Assembly: GCA_949287425.1 (NCBI GenBank)
Contig: CASEGJ010000005.1
Location: forward strand, 82,955-146,954
DNA: 64,000 bases
Direction: 5' to 3'
Origin: an uncultured Bacillales bacterium
Lineage (GTDB): Bacteria > Bacillota_I > Bacilli_A > RFN20 > CAG-288
The position numbers and the translations under genes were made by a program. Under the pieces are notes generated by a model. The model saw only the letters and a list, made by a program, of their open reading frames with translations. It did not search any database and had not been told where the DNA came from. Below are positions 28,278 to 37,857 of this stretch, piece by piece. The stretch's first letter is position 1; every line of letters starts with the position of its first letter.

Positions 28278-31209
28278 AATCTTTTTTCTCTTCAATTGCC
28301 GCTTTTAACGATCTTAAACGTATTCTAACAGCACCTAAATTTGATATTTCATCAATTTTTAGTTGCGTATAAAACTTGCCGTTTGATTCTAAAATAGATC
28401 TAACTTCATCGCTAGTAATAGCATCTAATCCACATCCAAAAGAAACTAACTGAACTAATTCCATATCTTTTTGATTGATAATATAATTACTAGCTAAATA
28501 TAACCTAGCGTGATATGTCCACTGATTTAAAATTTTAGTTGGAACTTTATAAAGCTGTTTGCTAGCTATATAATCTTCGCTAACTACTGCCATATCCAAA
28601 GAATTTATCAAAGTATCTATTCCGTGATTGATTTCTTTGTCGATATGATATGGTCTACCTGCTAAAACGATAATTGTTTTATTTTGTTTCCTGGCAAGAT
28701 TAACAATTTCATCTCCTTTAGCAATTACATCCTCTTTATATTTTAAATAATTCGCTCTTCCACATTTAAATGCCCTATGAATTTTATTATAAGAAAAATT
28801 GTATTTTCCTAGTGCTTTTTTAAGAGTTAAACAAGTCTTTCTAACATCGTTTAAATCAATAAATGGATTTAAAAAATTGTCAGAATTTAATTCTAAATTG
28901 TTCTTTTTTAAAAGCTCACCATAATAAGCGACAACTGGACAATTAAAATGATTATCAGAACGATGCTCATCGATATTATAAGTTGAAGAAGGATAAAATA
29001 TAAAATCGACATTTTTATTCAATAAAGATTCAATATGTCCATGCATTAACTTAGCTGGATAACATATAGTATCAGAAGGAATAGTATGTTGACCTTCAAA
29101 ATAAAGTTGACGAGTTGATTTGTTAGATAAAATTACTTCAAAACCTAAATCAGTAAAAAATCCATCCCAAAAAGGTAAAAATTCATACATCGCTAAACTT
29201 AATGGCAATCCGACTTTTCCAATAGTTTCTTTCTTTTTATCAAGAAGCTTAGTTATTCTAGAATATTTGTAATCATAGAGGTTGAGATTTAAATTAGAAA
29301 CTTCTTTACCTTCGCCTTTTTCGCACTTATTTCCTGAAACAAAACTTCTACCATCGTTAAATTTAATTATTGTCAAATTACAATGAGCTGTACAAGCTCG
29401 ACATATCGTTCCAATTGAAGTGTAACTAAAATTCTCTAATTCTTCTTTAGTAATAATTTTAGAATCAGATGATTTAGCTTTTTCTTTAGCATATAAACAA
29501 GCTCCAAATGCCCCCATTAATCCTGCTATAGATGGTCTAATAGCTTTCTTGTTAGTTTCCATTTCAAATGCTCTTAAAATAGCATCGTTTAAAAAAGTAC
29601 CGCCTTGAACGACAATTTTATCACCTAATTCAGCTGGAGATTTAAATCTAATCACTTTATATATAGCGTTTTTTACTACTGATGAAGATAAACCAGCTGA
29701 AATATCTTCTAAACTCGCTCCTTCTTTTTGAGCTTGTTTAACTGAAGAATTCATAAAAACAGTACATCTTGAGCCTAATTCTACTGGATGTTTAGAATAT
29801 AGACCTAATTTAGCGAAATCGCTAACTCCTATTGACATAGCATTAGCAAAAGATTGTAAAAATGAACCGCATCCTGAAGAACAGGCTTCATTTAACATTA
29901 TTGAATCAATCGCGTGATTTTTAATTTTAAAACATTTAATATCTTGACCACCGATATCGATAATAAAATCGACATCAGGTTCAAAATAGCTAGCAGCTTT
30001 ATAATGAGCAACAGTTTCAACTAAACCATATGGGATTTTTAAAGCTGATTTAATAAGGTTTTCACCATAACCAGTAACTGCACCTGAAACTGTTTTTAAA
30101 TCGTCACTAGCATTTTGATAGATAAGTTTCAATTGTTTAATAATAGTATCGATTGGTTGTCCATTATTAGCTGAATAATGTGAAAATAGTATCTTATTAT
30201 CTTTAGAAAGTAAAACTAACTTTGTCGTAGTTGAGCCAGCATCTATTCCTAAATATGCTTCCCCTTTATATGTAGATAAATCAGAATATTTAACTTTAAC
30301 ATCTTCGTGATCTTTTAAAAATTGAAGGTATTCTTTTTCACTTGAAAATAGCGGTTGAGAATAAATAATTTTCCCTGATAAATCCGCTTTAGAAATAATT
30401 TCTTCAAGCTGATTTAAAGAATATGTTTCCTTTTGACTTTTAGAATAAATTGCCGCACCTAAAGAAACAAAGTTTTTAGCATTTGATGGAAAATTAGCTT
30501 GCTCATCACTTAATTTCAATCTCGATTTAAAAGCGTATTGCAGACCTTTTAAAAAAGATAATGGCCCACCTAAAAACAAAATGTTTCCAGATATTTTTCT
30601 ACCTTGAGCTAATCCAGAAATAGTTTGATCGACTACAGCGAAAAATATCGACATAGCCACATCTTCTCTACTAGCACCTTGATTTAATAATGGTTGAATA
30701 TCTGATTTAGCAAAGACCCCGCATCTAGAAGCGATAGGATAAATCTTTTTATATTTCAAAGACAATTCATCTAATTTAGAAATATCGATATTTAATAATG
30801 CAGCCATCTGATCGATAAATGCCCCTGTACCTCCAGCACAAGTTCCATTCATTCTCTGTTCTAATCCACCGCTAATAAAAATAATCTTGGCATCTTCACC
30901 ACCTAATTCGATAACAGCATCAGTTTGAGGATAATATTTTTTAACAGCCAAATAAGAAGCTTGAACTTCTTGAACAAAACCAATATTAGTTTTACTTGCT
31001 AACCCCATACCAGCTGAACCAGTTATCGAAACGTGAAACAAAATATTTTCATATTGATTTTTAATCTTTTGAATTTGTTCTAAAACGGCTTTTTTAACTT
31101 GAGAATAATGTCTTTCGTACGAGTTATAAACTATATTATTAGCATTATCAATTATAGTAAATTTAACTGTAGTTGAACCGATATCTATACCTAATAAATA
31201 TTCTTCCAT
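28252..31209 (-). CDS. CoA-substrate-specific enzyme activase: two BadF/BadG/BcrA/BcrD-type ATPase modules fused to a C-terminal Cys-containing domain
   Basis: Two actin-fold ATPase N-termini (LLGIDIGSTTVKFTI and AYLGIDAGSTTTKLVL); C-terminal region with CRACTAHC...C cluster; 985 aa. Confidence 0.7.
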   Translation of the reverse strand: MEEYLLGIDIGSTTVKFTIIDNANNIVYNSYERHYSQVKKAVLEQIQKIKNQYENILFHVSITGSAGMGLASKTNIGFVQEVQASYLAVKKYYPQTDAVIELGGEDAKIIFISGGLEQRMNGTCAGGTGAFIDQMAALLNIDISKLDELSLKYKKIYPIASRCGVFAKSDIQPLLNQGASREDVAMSIFFAVVDQTISGLAQGRKISGNILFLGGPLSFLKGLQYAFKSRLKLSDEQANFPSNAKNFVSLGAAIYSKSQKETYSLNQLEEIISKADLSGKIIYSQPLFSSEKEYLQFLKDHEDVKVKYSDLSTYKGEAYLGIDAGSTTTKLVLLSKDNKILFSHYSANNGQPIDTIIKQLKLIYQNASDDLKTVSGAVTGYGENLIKSALKIPYGLVETVAHYKAASYFEPDVDFIIDIGGQDIKCFKIKNHAIDSIMLNEACSSGCGSFLQSFANAMSIGVSDFAKLGLYSKHPVELGSRCTVFMNSSVKQAQKEGASLEDISAGLSSSVVKNAIYKVIRFKSPAELGDKIVVQGGTFLNDAILRAFEMETNKKAIRPSIAGLMGAFGACLYAKEKAKSSDSKIITKEELENFSYTSIGTICRACTAHCNLTIIKFNDGRSFVSGNKCEKGEGKEVSNLNLNLYDYKYSRITKLLDKKKETIGKVGLPLSLAMYEFLPFWDGFFTDLGFEVILSNKSTRQLYFEGQHTIPSDTICYPAKLMHGHIESLLNKNVDFIFYPSSTYNIDEHRSDNHFNCPVVAYYGELLKKNNLELNSDNFLNPFIDLNDVRKTCLTLKKALGKYNFSYNKIHRAFKCGRANYLKYKEDVIAKGDEIVNLARKQNKTIIVLAGRPYHIDKEINHGIDTLINSLDMAVVSEDYIASKQLYKVPTKILNQWTYHARLYLASNYIINQKDMELVQLVSFGCGLDAITSDEVRSILESNGKFYTQLKIDEISNLGAVRIRLRSLKAAIEEKKDYERKKKVF

Positions 31210-31211
31210 AT

Positions 31212-32156
31212 TTAAACTAAACTTCTTGCAAAATTATTATAATCAATAAAATTTAAAATAGACATAAAATTACTTGCTATTGTAGAATTATCTTTCAAAA
31301 CTGTCACAAATAAAACTATCAATAATATTCCTAATGCTATTCTATAATATCCAAAAACTGTAAAACTGTGATTTTTAACAAAATTAGTTAAGAACTTGAT
31401 GCTTACTAAAGAGATAACAAAAGCCACTACTATTCCAATTACAAGTAAAATTATTTCAAAACTAGTGATAGTTTCTCCGCTAACGGCAAATTTAACTCCC
31501 TTTAATAAAGAAGCACCTAACATAACTGGAATCGATAAAAAGAAAGAATATTTTGTCGATACTTCTCTTGAACATCCAATTAACATTCCCGCTAAAATAG
31601 TAACTCCACTTCTTGAAGTTCCTGGAATCAAAGCTAAAACTTGAGCTAAACCAATAATTAAAGCCGATTTCATAGAAAGAGAATAAATATCATTGACCTT
31701 AAAACCTACTTGTTTTCTTTTAAAAATATATTCTAATAAAACAAAGAAAACACCATAGACAATTAAAGTTATAGCAACAGTAATATAGTTATATAGGTAT
31801 TTATCTAAAATATCATCTAAAAACAAGCCTAAAATAGCAGCAGGTAAACAGCCTATTACAATATTTAGCCAAGTTTTATATATCGATTTTTTTTCTTCAT
31901 CAGTTTTAGATTTAGAAAATGGCCAAAGTTGCTTAAAAAAAGTAACAACTACAGCTAAAATTGCCCCTAATTGAATTACTACCAAAAAGAATGACCAATA
32001 TTCTTGACCAAATTTTGTAGAAATATTAAACCACTTGTCTAAAATAATCATATGCCCTGTTGAAGAAATAGGTAACCATTCACTTATTCCTTCGACAATT
32101 CCAATAACGATAACTTTAACTATGTCAATAAATTTATCCATATCTAATAAGTACAA
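31212..32156 (-). CDS. uppP: undecaprenyl-diphosphate phosphatase
   Basis: EGISEWLPISSTGHMII and PGTSRSGVTILAGM motifs; polytopic membrane protein. Start could be MDKFIDIV (32141). Confidence 0.85.
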   Translation of the reverse strand: MYLLDMDKFIDIVKVIVIGIVEGISEWLPISSTGHMIILDKWFNISTKFGQEYWSFFLVVIQLGAILAVVVTFFKQLWPFSKSKTDEEKKSIYKTWLNIVIGCLPAAILGLFLDDILDKYLYNYITVAITLIVYGVFFVLLEYIFKRKQVGFKVNDIYSLSMKSALIIGLAQVLALIPGTSRSGVTILAGMLIGCSREVSTKYSFFLSIPVMLGASLLKGVKFAVSGETITSFEIILLVIGIVVAFVISLVSIKFLTNFVKNHSFTVFGYYRIALGILLIVLFVTVLKDNSTIASNFMSILNFIDYNNFARSLV

Positions 32157-32286
32157 TCTTTATTATTTTAAGCCATGTGATTTTAGATGTAAATATTTGA
32201 AATAGAGATGAAGTTTTGATAATATATCAAAGTAATAGGACTTATTTTTAAAACTATTATCATTTTTTAGAAAAGAGGTTTTTAAA

Positions 32287-33567
32287 ATGTCACAATTAGT
32301 AATCCAAGGTTCACAATGGGGCGATGAAGGTAAAGGCAAAATCACTGACTATTTTGCCCAACAAGCCGATATGGTAGTAAGATCCCAAGGCGGAAATAAC
32401 GCCGGTCATTCTATCGTATATAACAATCATCGCTACGCTTTAAAATTAGTTCCTTCTGGAATTTTTAATCCAAATACTATCAATGTTATCGCTAATGGAA
32501 CTGTTGTCAATCTAGAAGCTTTAAAAGGAGAACTAGATTTATTAGAAAGCCAAGGCATAACAAAATATCAACTTGTTATTTCTGATCGAGCTAATATCTT
32601 AATGCCTTATCATATTGATCTTGATGGAGCGAAAGAAGCAAACCTAGGTCAAGCTAAAATAGGTACAACCAAAAAAGGCATTGGACCTTGCTATACTTCC
32701 AAAGCTGAAAGGATTGGCTTAAGAATGGGAGATTTACTTGAAGACGAATATCTTAAAGATCACCTTAAAAGCATTCTACCTATAATTAATATCGAACTGA
32801 AATCTTACAATTTAAAAGAATATAGCTTCGATGAAGTCTACTCGTATTTAAAAAAATACGCTGAAATATTCAAAGACAAAATTACTAACACCTCAATTCT
32901 CATTAACAAATATATAAAAGAAAATAAAAAAGTCCTTTTTGAAGGAGCTCAAGGAGCCATGTTATGTTTAGATCATGGCACTTATCCTTATGTTACTTCT
33001 TCTTCACCTTTAGCAAATGGCGTAAGTTTAAATAGCGGAGTTGCTTGCTATCTTTTAGATAAAGTTTTGGGTGTAGCTAAAGCTTATACTACTAGAGTTG
33101 GCGAAGGCCCTTTCCCTTCTGAACTCTTTGATAAAAATGCCGATTTATTGCGTGAAAAAGGACATGAGTATGGAACAGTTACCAAACGACCAAGAAGAAT
33201 AGGTTATTTAGATTGCGTAGTGCTAAATTACGTTAAAAACATCACTGGCATGCAACATTTAGCTTTAATGTTAGTAGATGTTTTATCAGTTTTAGATGAA
33301 CTTAAAATCTGCGTTTCTTATTCATTAGATGGAAAAACTATCGACTATGTTCCTTCTAATTTATACGCTTATAATAGATGCAAACCAAACTATATTACTC
33401 TACCTACTTTTAAAGAAGATATCTCTAATTGTAAAAGTTATGATGAACTTCCTACTAATTGTAAGAAATATATTGAAGCCATCGAAGAAATTACCGGATT
33501 AAAAGTTTCTATTATTTCAGTCGGTCCAGATAGAAATCAAACTATCGTTAGAGAAAAATTATTCTAA
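32287..33567 (+). CDS. purA: adenylosuccinate synthetase
   Basis: QWGDEGKGKITD P-loop, GNNAGHS, full-length 426 aa. Confidence 0.9.
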   Translation: MSQLVIQGSQWGDEGKGKITDYFAQQADMVVRSQGGNNAGHSIVYNNHRYALKLVPSGIFNPNTINVIANGTVVNLEALKGELDLLESQGITKYQLVISDRANILMPYHIDLDGAKEANLGQAKIGTTKKGIGPCYTSKAERIGLRMGDLLEDEYLKDHLKSILPIINIELKSYNLKEYSFDEVYSYLKKYAEIFKDKITNTSILINKYIKENKKVLFEGAQGAMLCLDHGTYPYVTSSSPLANGVSLNSGVACYLLDKVLGVAKAYTTRVGEGPFPSELFDKNADLLREKGHEYGTVTKRPRRIGYLDCVVLNYVKNITGMQHLALMLVDVLSVLDELKICVSYSLDGKTIDYVPSNLYAYNRCKPNYITLPTFKEDISNCKSYDELPTNCKKYIEAIEEITGLKVSIISVGPDRNQTIVREKLF

Positions 33568-34157
33568 TCTAAATTTTCTTTTAAATAATCTAACATCAAT
33601 TTTAAGGCTTTGCCTCTATGAGAGACAGAGTCTTTTTCTTTTGGACTAGCAACTCCGAACGATTTTTTCAATTCATATGAATAAAAAATTGGATCATAGC
33701 CAAAACCATTTTCGCCAGTGATTTGATATAAAATTTCCCCTTGAGTCTTTCCAACAAAAACCTTATCTTCATTTTTAAAATTAACTAAGGCGATAGCGGA
33801 AGTAAAATTAGCTCCTCTATCTTTTTTATCTTCTAGCATTTTAATAATTGCATTTTGTTTATCTTCATAAGAACTATTTTCCATAAATCTTTGAGAATAT
33901 ATACCAGGAAAATTATTTAAAGCGTGAACTTCTAAACCTGAATCATCGCTAAAAATTATTTTATTAGGAAGCTTATTAGAAATATATCTAGCTTTAATTA
34001 ATGCATTTTCTTCAAAAGTAGAGCCAGTTTCTTCAACATTTAAATCAATATTAAAATCTTTTAAAGAATACACTTTAAAACCTAACGGTTCTAACATTCT
34101 TTTAAATTCTTCTATCTTGTGAATATTACTAGTTGCCACTACTGCTTCTTTTTCCAT
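33564..34157 (-). CDS. rdgB: non-canonical purine NTP pyrophosphatase (RdgB/HAM1 family)
   Basis: 197 aa; ATSNIHKIEEF, FSDDSGLEV and GYDPIF motifs of the Ham1 family. Confidence 0.85.
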   Translation of the reverse strand: MEKEAVVATSNIHKIEEFKRMLEPLGFKVYSLKDFNIDLNVEETGSTFEENALIKARYISNKLPNKIIFSDDSGLEVHALNNFPGIYSQRFMENSSYEDKQNAIIKMLEDKKDRGANFTSAIALVNFKNEDKVFVGKTQGEILYQITGENGFGYDPIFYSYELKKSFGVASPKEKDSVSHRGKALKLMLDYLKENLD

Positions 34158-34351
34158 AAATTTTACCCTCTCTTTTAATTAAATATATCTTTTTTGTTTT
34201 TTAATAAACGCTTTCTTAAATATTTTAATAGAAATTATGTTTAATTTAGTATATTATATAAACGAATTAGATAACTAAAGCGTTTTTAAATTTATAAAAC
34301 TTGTTTATAGTGCCAAACTTTAGTTGTGAATTATATAGTAAGGAGTTAACA

Positions 34352-36058
34352 ATGGCTGGACAAAAATACAACAATGTCGGTTTACCTTGTGTCAAAGTAT
34401 ACGCCCTAGGCGGGTTAGATGAAAATGGAAAAAACTGTTATTGTATCGAAACTTTAGATGCGATATTTGTAATTGAGTGCGGTTCAAAATACCCTGATTT
34501 ATCAACCCCAGGTGTCGATATAATCATCCCGGATTTTTCATATTTAGAACAAAATAAAGAAAAAGTGAAAGCTGTTATTATTTCTCATGGTCACGATGAT
34601 GAATATAACGCTTTGCCTTATTTATTAAAAAAGATAGGTTTTCACATACCTATTTATACGACTTTCACTACTAAAACTATCATTGAAGAAGACTATGGTA
34701 ACAGATATAAAAACTTCAACTGGAAAATAATTAAACCTTCTGATGATATGTTAATTTCAGGTTATCCATTCCACTTTTTTGCAACTACGCATTCTGTTAT
34801 GGAATCGTTTGGTTTTTCTATTGAAACTCAAGCTGGTAACATAGTTTTTACTGGAAATTTCATCACTGATTTTGGAGCTCAAGGTAACTTTACTATCGAT
34901 GTTCCTAAAATGGCAAAAATCGCTGAAGAGAAAAAGACTTTATTAATGTTATGTGAATCTTCAAGCGCTGATGCTAAAGGTATAGCTTCTCCTACACATA
35001 AATTAACTCCTCATATTAAAAATCTCATTGAAGAAGGTGAAAAAAGAGTCTTTATTGCCACTTACAACCAAAATTTATACAACATCTCTGAAATTGTTAA
35101 ATTAGTTATTGACAATAAGAAAAGACTAGTTATCACTAATCCAAAACTACTAGATGTTTTACCTTATTTTATTTCTAATGGCGATTTAATTATTCCTAGA
35201 GCTAATCAATGTGGAATTCAAGAAATTAACAATTACCCTAGCAAAGATATTGTCGTCTTAATTACTGGAAGAGGAGAAGAATTATTTAACACAATAATTA
35301 GCTTAGCTAAACAAGAAAGCGAACTTTCTAAATATATTACTATCAATAGTAACGATGCGTTTGTTATGGCTGCACCTCCTGCTGCTAGTATTGAAACTCT
35401 AGCTACGGAAGCTGAAGATGAGTTATATAAAACAGATTGCGAAGTAATTTTCTTAAAAAGACAAGATCTTTCTGCAATGCACGCTCAACAAGAAGATATC
35501 AAAATGATGATTTCTATGTTCAATCCTAAATATTATATGCCGGTTCAAGGTGAATTTAGATCTTTGATGGCTAATGCTAAAATCGCAGAAGCTATGGGCT
35601 TTGCTTCAGATAAAATATTCTTGTTAGATAATGGTATGGCTCTTTGTTTTGATAGAGCTGGTAATATAATTCAACCAGTCCCTCAAATATTTACACCTGG
35701 ATCAACTTTTATCGATGGTTTGGGAGTTGGAGATGTAAAAAACAACATCGTCGATGAAAGAAATCTCATGGCTAATTACGGTGTAGCTATTTTATCAGCT
35801 ACCTTCTCATTTAAAAACAAATGTATAATTGGCGAACCTCAAATAACTTTTAAAGGCTTTGTCAATAAAACCGATTCAATCAAAGCGTATAACGGAGCTA
35901 AAAATCTATTGGCATCATATTTAAATAAAATGTTAAATGACGATAAAGCAAATATTGATACATATAAAAACAAAATAATTGAAGCTGTAACTTCTGAAAT
36001 GAGAAGAACAACTGAAAAAGCTCCTCTAATTAGCGTCAATTTAATTAATTTAGATTAA
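34352..36058 (+). CDS. rnj: ribonuclease J (J2-like; metallo-beta-lactamase/beta-CASP) with degenerate motif II
   Basis: Start MAGQKYNNV with AAGGAG RBS; strong RNase J block similarity (VKVYALGGLDENGKNCY...IIPDFSYL), but motif II reads HGHDDE instead of HxHxDH. Confidence 0.8.
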   Translation: MAGQKYNNVGLPCVKVYALGGLDENGKNCYCIETLDAIFVIECGSKYPDLSTPGVDIIIPDFSYLEQNKEKVKAVIISHGHDDEYNALPYLLKKIGFHIPIYTTFTTKTIIEEDYGNRYKNFNWKIIKPSDDMLISGYPFHFFATTHSVMESFGFSIETQAGNIVFTGNFITDFGAQGNFTIDVPKMAKIAEEKKTLLMLCESSSADAKGIASPTHKLTPHIKNLIEEGEKRVFIATYNQNLYNISEIVKLVIDNKKRLVITNPKLLDVLPYFISNGDLIIPRANQCGIQEINNYPSKDIVVLITGRGEELFNTIISLAKQESELSKYITINSNDAFVMAAPPAASIETLATEAEDELYKTDCEVIFLKRQDLSAMHAQQEDIKMMISMFNPKYYMPVQGEFRSLMANAKIAEAMGFASDKIFLLDNGMALCFDRAGNIIQPVPQIFTPGSTFIDGLGVGDVKNNIVDERNLMANYGVAILSATFSFKNKCIIGEPQITFKGFVNKTDSIKAYNGAKNLLASYLNKMLNDDKANIDTYKNKIIEAVTSEMRRTTEKAPLISVNLINLD

Positions 36059-36129
36059 AAAATGGCTAGTTTGTATATACCCTTAATCTAGATAGTTATG
36101 TGGTGATATATCATTTACTAGCCATTTTC

Positions 36130-36780
36130 TTATTCAACTAATTTAGGTCCGTTAGAAGTTCCAATTCTACTAGCTCCAGCTTGAATTAATTCTTCCATAA
36201 ATTCTTTGGTTTTAATTCCACCAGAAGCCTTAATCTTTGGGAAATCTCCGCATACTTCATGGAGCAATTTAACATCTTCAACAGTAGCCCCATACTTAGA
36301 AAAACCAGTAGAAGTCTTAACAAAATCAACACCGGCTTCTTTGCATAGTTCACAAGCTTTAATCTTCTCTTCTTTAGTTAATAGACAACATTCAATAATT
36401 ACTTTTAAAATTATAGGATGCTGCTCAGTATAACAAGTTCTTCTCATTCTTTTTAATTCGTAGAGAATATCATCGTATTTTTTATCTTTTAACCAAGAGA
36501 TATTTATGACCATATCAATTTCATCGGCACCTTCAAAAATAGATTCTTTAGCTTCCTCAATTTTTGCAATTGTTGACATAGCGCCTAATGGAAAACCGAC
36601 AACCGTACAAGTTTTAACATCGCTTCCTTCTAATTGACGATGAACTAATCCAACATAGTCACCATTTACACAACAAGAAGCAAAATTGTACTTTTTAGCT
36701 TCTTGACATAAATCGATAATTTCTTGTTGAGTAGCATCTGCTCTAAGTAAGGTTGAATCAATTAATTTATTATATTCCAT
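36130..36780 (-). CDS. deoC: deoxyribose-phosphate aldolase
   Basis: 216 aa; KASGGIKT Schiff-base lysine motif; class I aldolase TIM barrel. Confidence 0.85.
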   Translation of the reverse strand: MEYNKLIDSTLLRADATQQEIIDLCQEAKKYNFASCCVNGDYVGLVHRQLEGSDVKTCTVVGFPLGAMSTIAKIEEAKESIFEGADEIDMVINISWLKDKKYDDILYELKRMRRTCYTEQHPIILKVIIECCLLTKEEKIKACELCKEAGVDFVKTSTGFSKYGATVEDVKLLHEVCGDFPKIKASGGIKTKEFMEELIQAGASRIGTSNGPKLVE

Positions 36781-36827
36781 AATAAGACCTCTCTTTTAAA
36801 TATCTTACCATATTTAAAGAAAACTCG

Positions 36828-37826
36828 CTAAAAATTAACACCATTAACTTCGACATATGGTGTCGGATTATAATCGGTAGTAGAATTTAATTTCCCACCA
36901 CCGGTGATATTACCAAAAATTTCGCCCCAACCATTTTCATAATTTAAATATTCTTGAAAATCATTATAGTGGTTATATGTGTAAAATACATGCCTATTTG
37001 AAGAGTCTAAAACTTCCATTGGAGTTGAAGTATTATAATATCTAGTATAGACAATTCTACAAGTACCTCTATTTATTCTTTTTCCGTTATTATATGAATA
37101 ATCTCCTATATCTAATTCATAATAAGTAATAAATCCACCAGCGCCATCGATATCAGGTAAAACAGGTTCATATGGATATTTTTCAACATCACCTAAAAAG
37201 ATAGAATGATTTAATCTTAAATACTTGCCCCAAATACTATTTGAAGGATTTCCACTTTTTTTAGATGTGTAATTACTAGGAATATCGTTAAAAGCCCAAA
37301 TATATGCTGCTACTTCTTCTAAACTAACATAAGCACCAGATTTAAAAATTTCATTAACAACATTGTTGTTAGAATCGACAATCTTATATGAAATAGGTTC
37401 GTTTTCAGCATTATATGTATAATATTTCGTAAGGTTTTTATCATATAAACCATCTGTTTTAGGTTGATTGGTAGCTATAGTAGGTTCTTTTTTATTAGGA
37501 ACATCTAAATCACCTGAAAGAAAACCATGCTGACTTCTATAATAAGCATCTAAATTAGATGTAGCTTTTTTATATGAAGAATAAAATTCTTCTTGACTTA
37601 CGCCTATATATGGATCAGGAAAATATTGACTTGAAGAACTAATTAAACTAGAAATAGAACTTGAAGATAATTGACTATTAATACTTTCAGTTGATGAAAC
37701 CGATGAAACTAAATTAGTTGAACTGCCAATTGATTCAGTTGAAGATGAAGATGTTTCAAAATGGAAAGTACAACTAGTAAGTAAAAAAGATATACTGATT
37801 AAAAAGATAGTCTTATTTTTTCTCAT
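36828..37826 (-). CDS. surface lipoprotein with C-terminal barnase/binase-family (guanyl-specific) ribonuclease domain
   Basis: Lipobox ISFLLTSC plus Ser-rich linker. C-terminal VAAYIWAFNDIPSNYTSKKSG...YELDIGDY...GKRINRGTCRIVYT...YNHYNDFQEY follows barnase VADYLQTYHKLPDNYITKSEA...WREADINY...GFRNSDRILYS...TDHYQTFTKI (from memory), including E73, R83/R87 and H102 equivalents. Confidence 0.6.
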   Translation of the reverse strand: MRKNKTIFLISISFLLTSCTFHFETSSSSTESIGSSTNLVSSVSSTESINSQLSSSSISSLISSSSQYFPDPYIGVSQEEFYSSYKKATSNLDAYYRSQHGFLSGDLDVPNKKEPTIATNQPKTDGLYDKNLTKYYTYNAENEPISYKIVDSNNNVVNEIFKSGAYVSLEEVAAYIWAFNDIPSNYTSKKSGNPSNSIWGKYLRLNHSIFLGDVEKYPYEPVLPDIDGAGGFITYYELDIGDYSYNNGKRINRGTCRIVYTRYYNTSTPMEVLDSSNRHVFYTYNHYNDFQEYLNYENGWGEIFGNITGGGKLNSTTDYNPTPYVEVNGVNF

Positions 37827-37857
37827 ATTTAATATCGCCTATAAAATAATACCACAA

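Noticed and set aside
36781-37857. Barstar-like immunity gene next to the barnase-like lipoprotein
   Set aside because: Looked in both flanking gaps (47 nt and 31 nt) and on both strands; no ORF of barstar size exists there. This absence is reported as part of the finding rather than as a feature.
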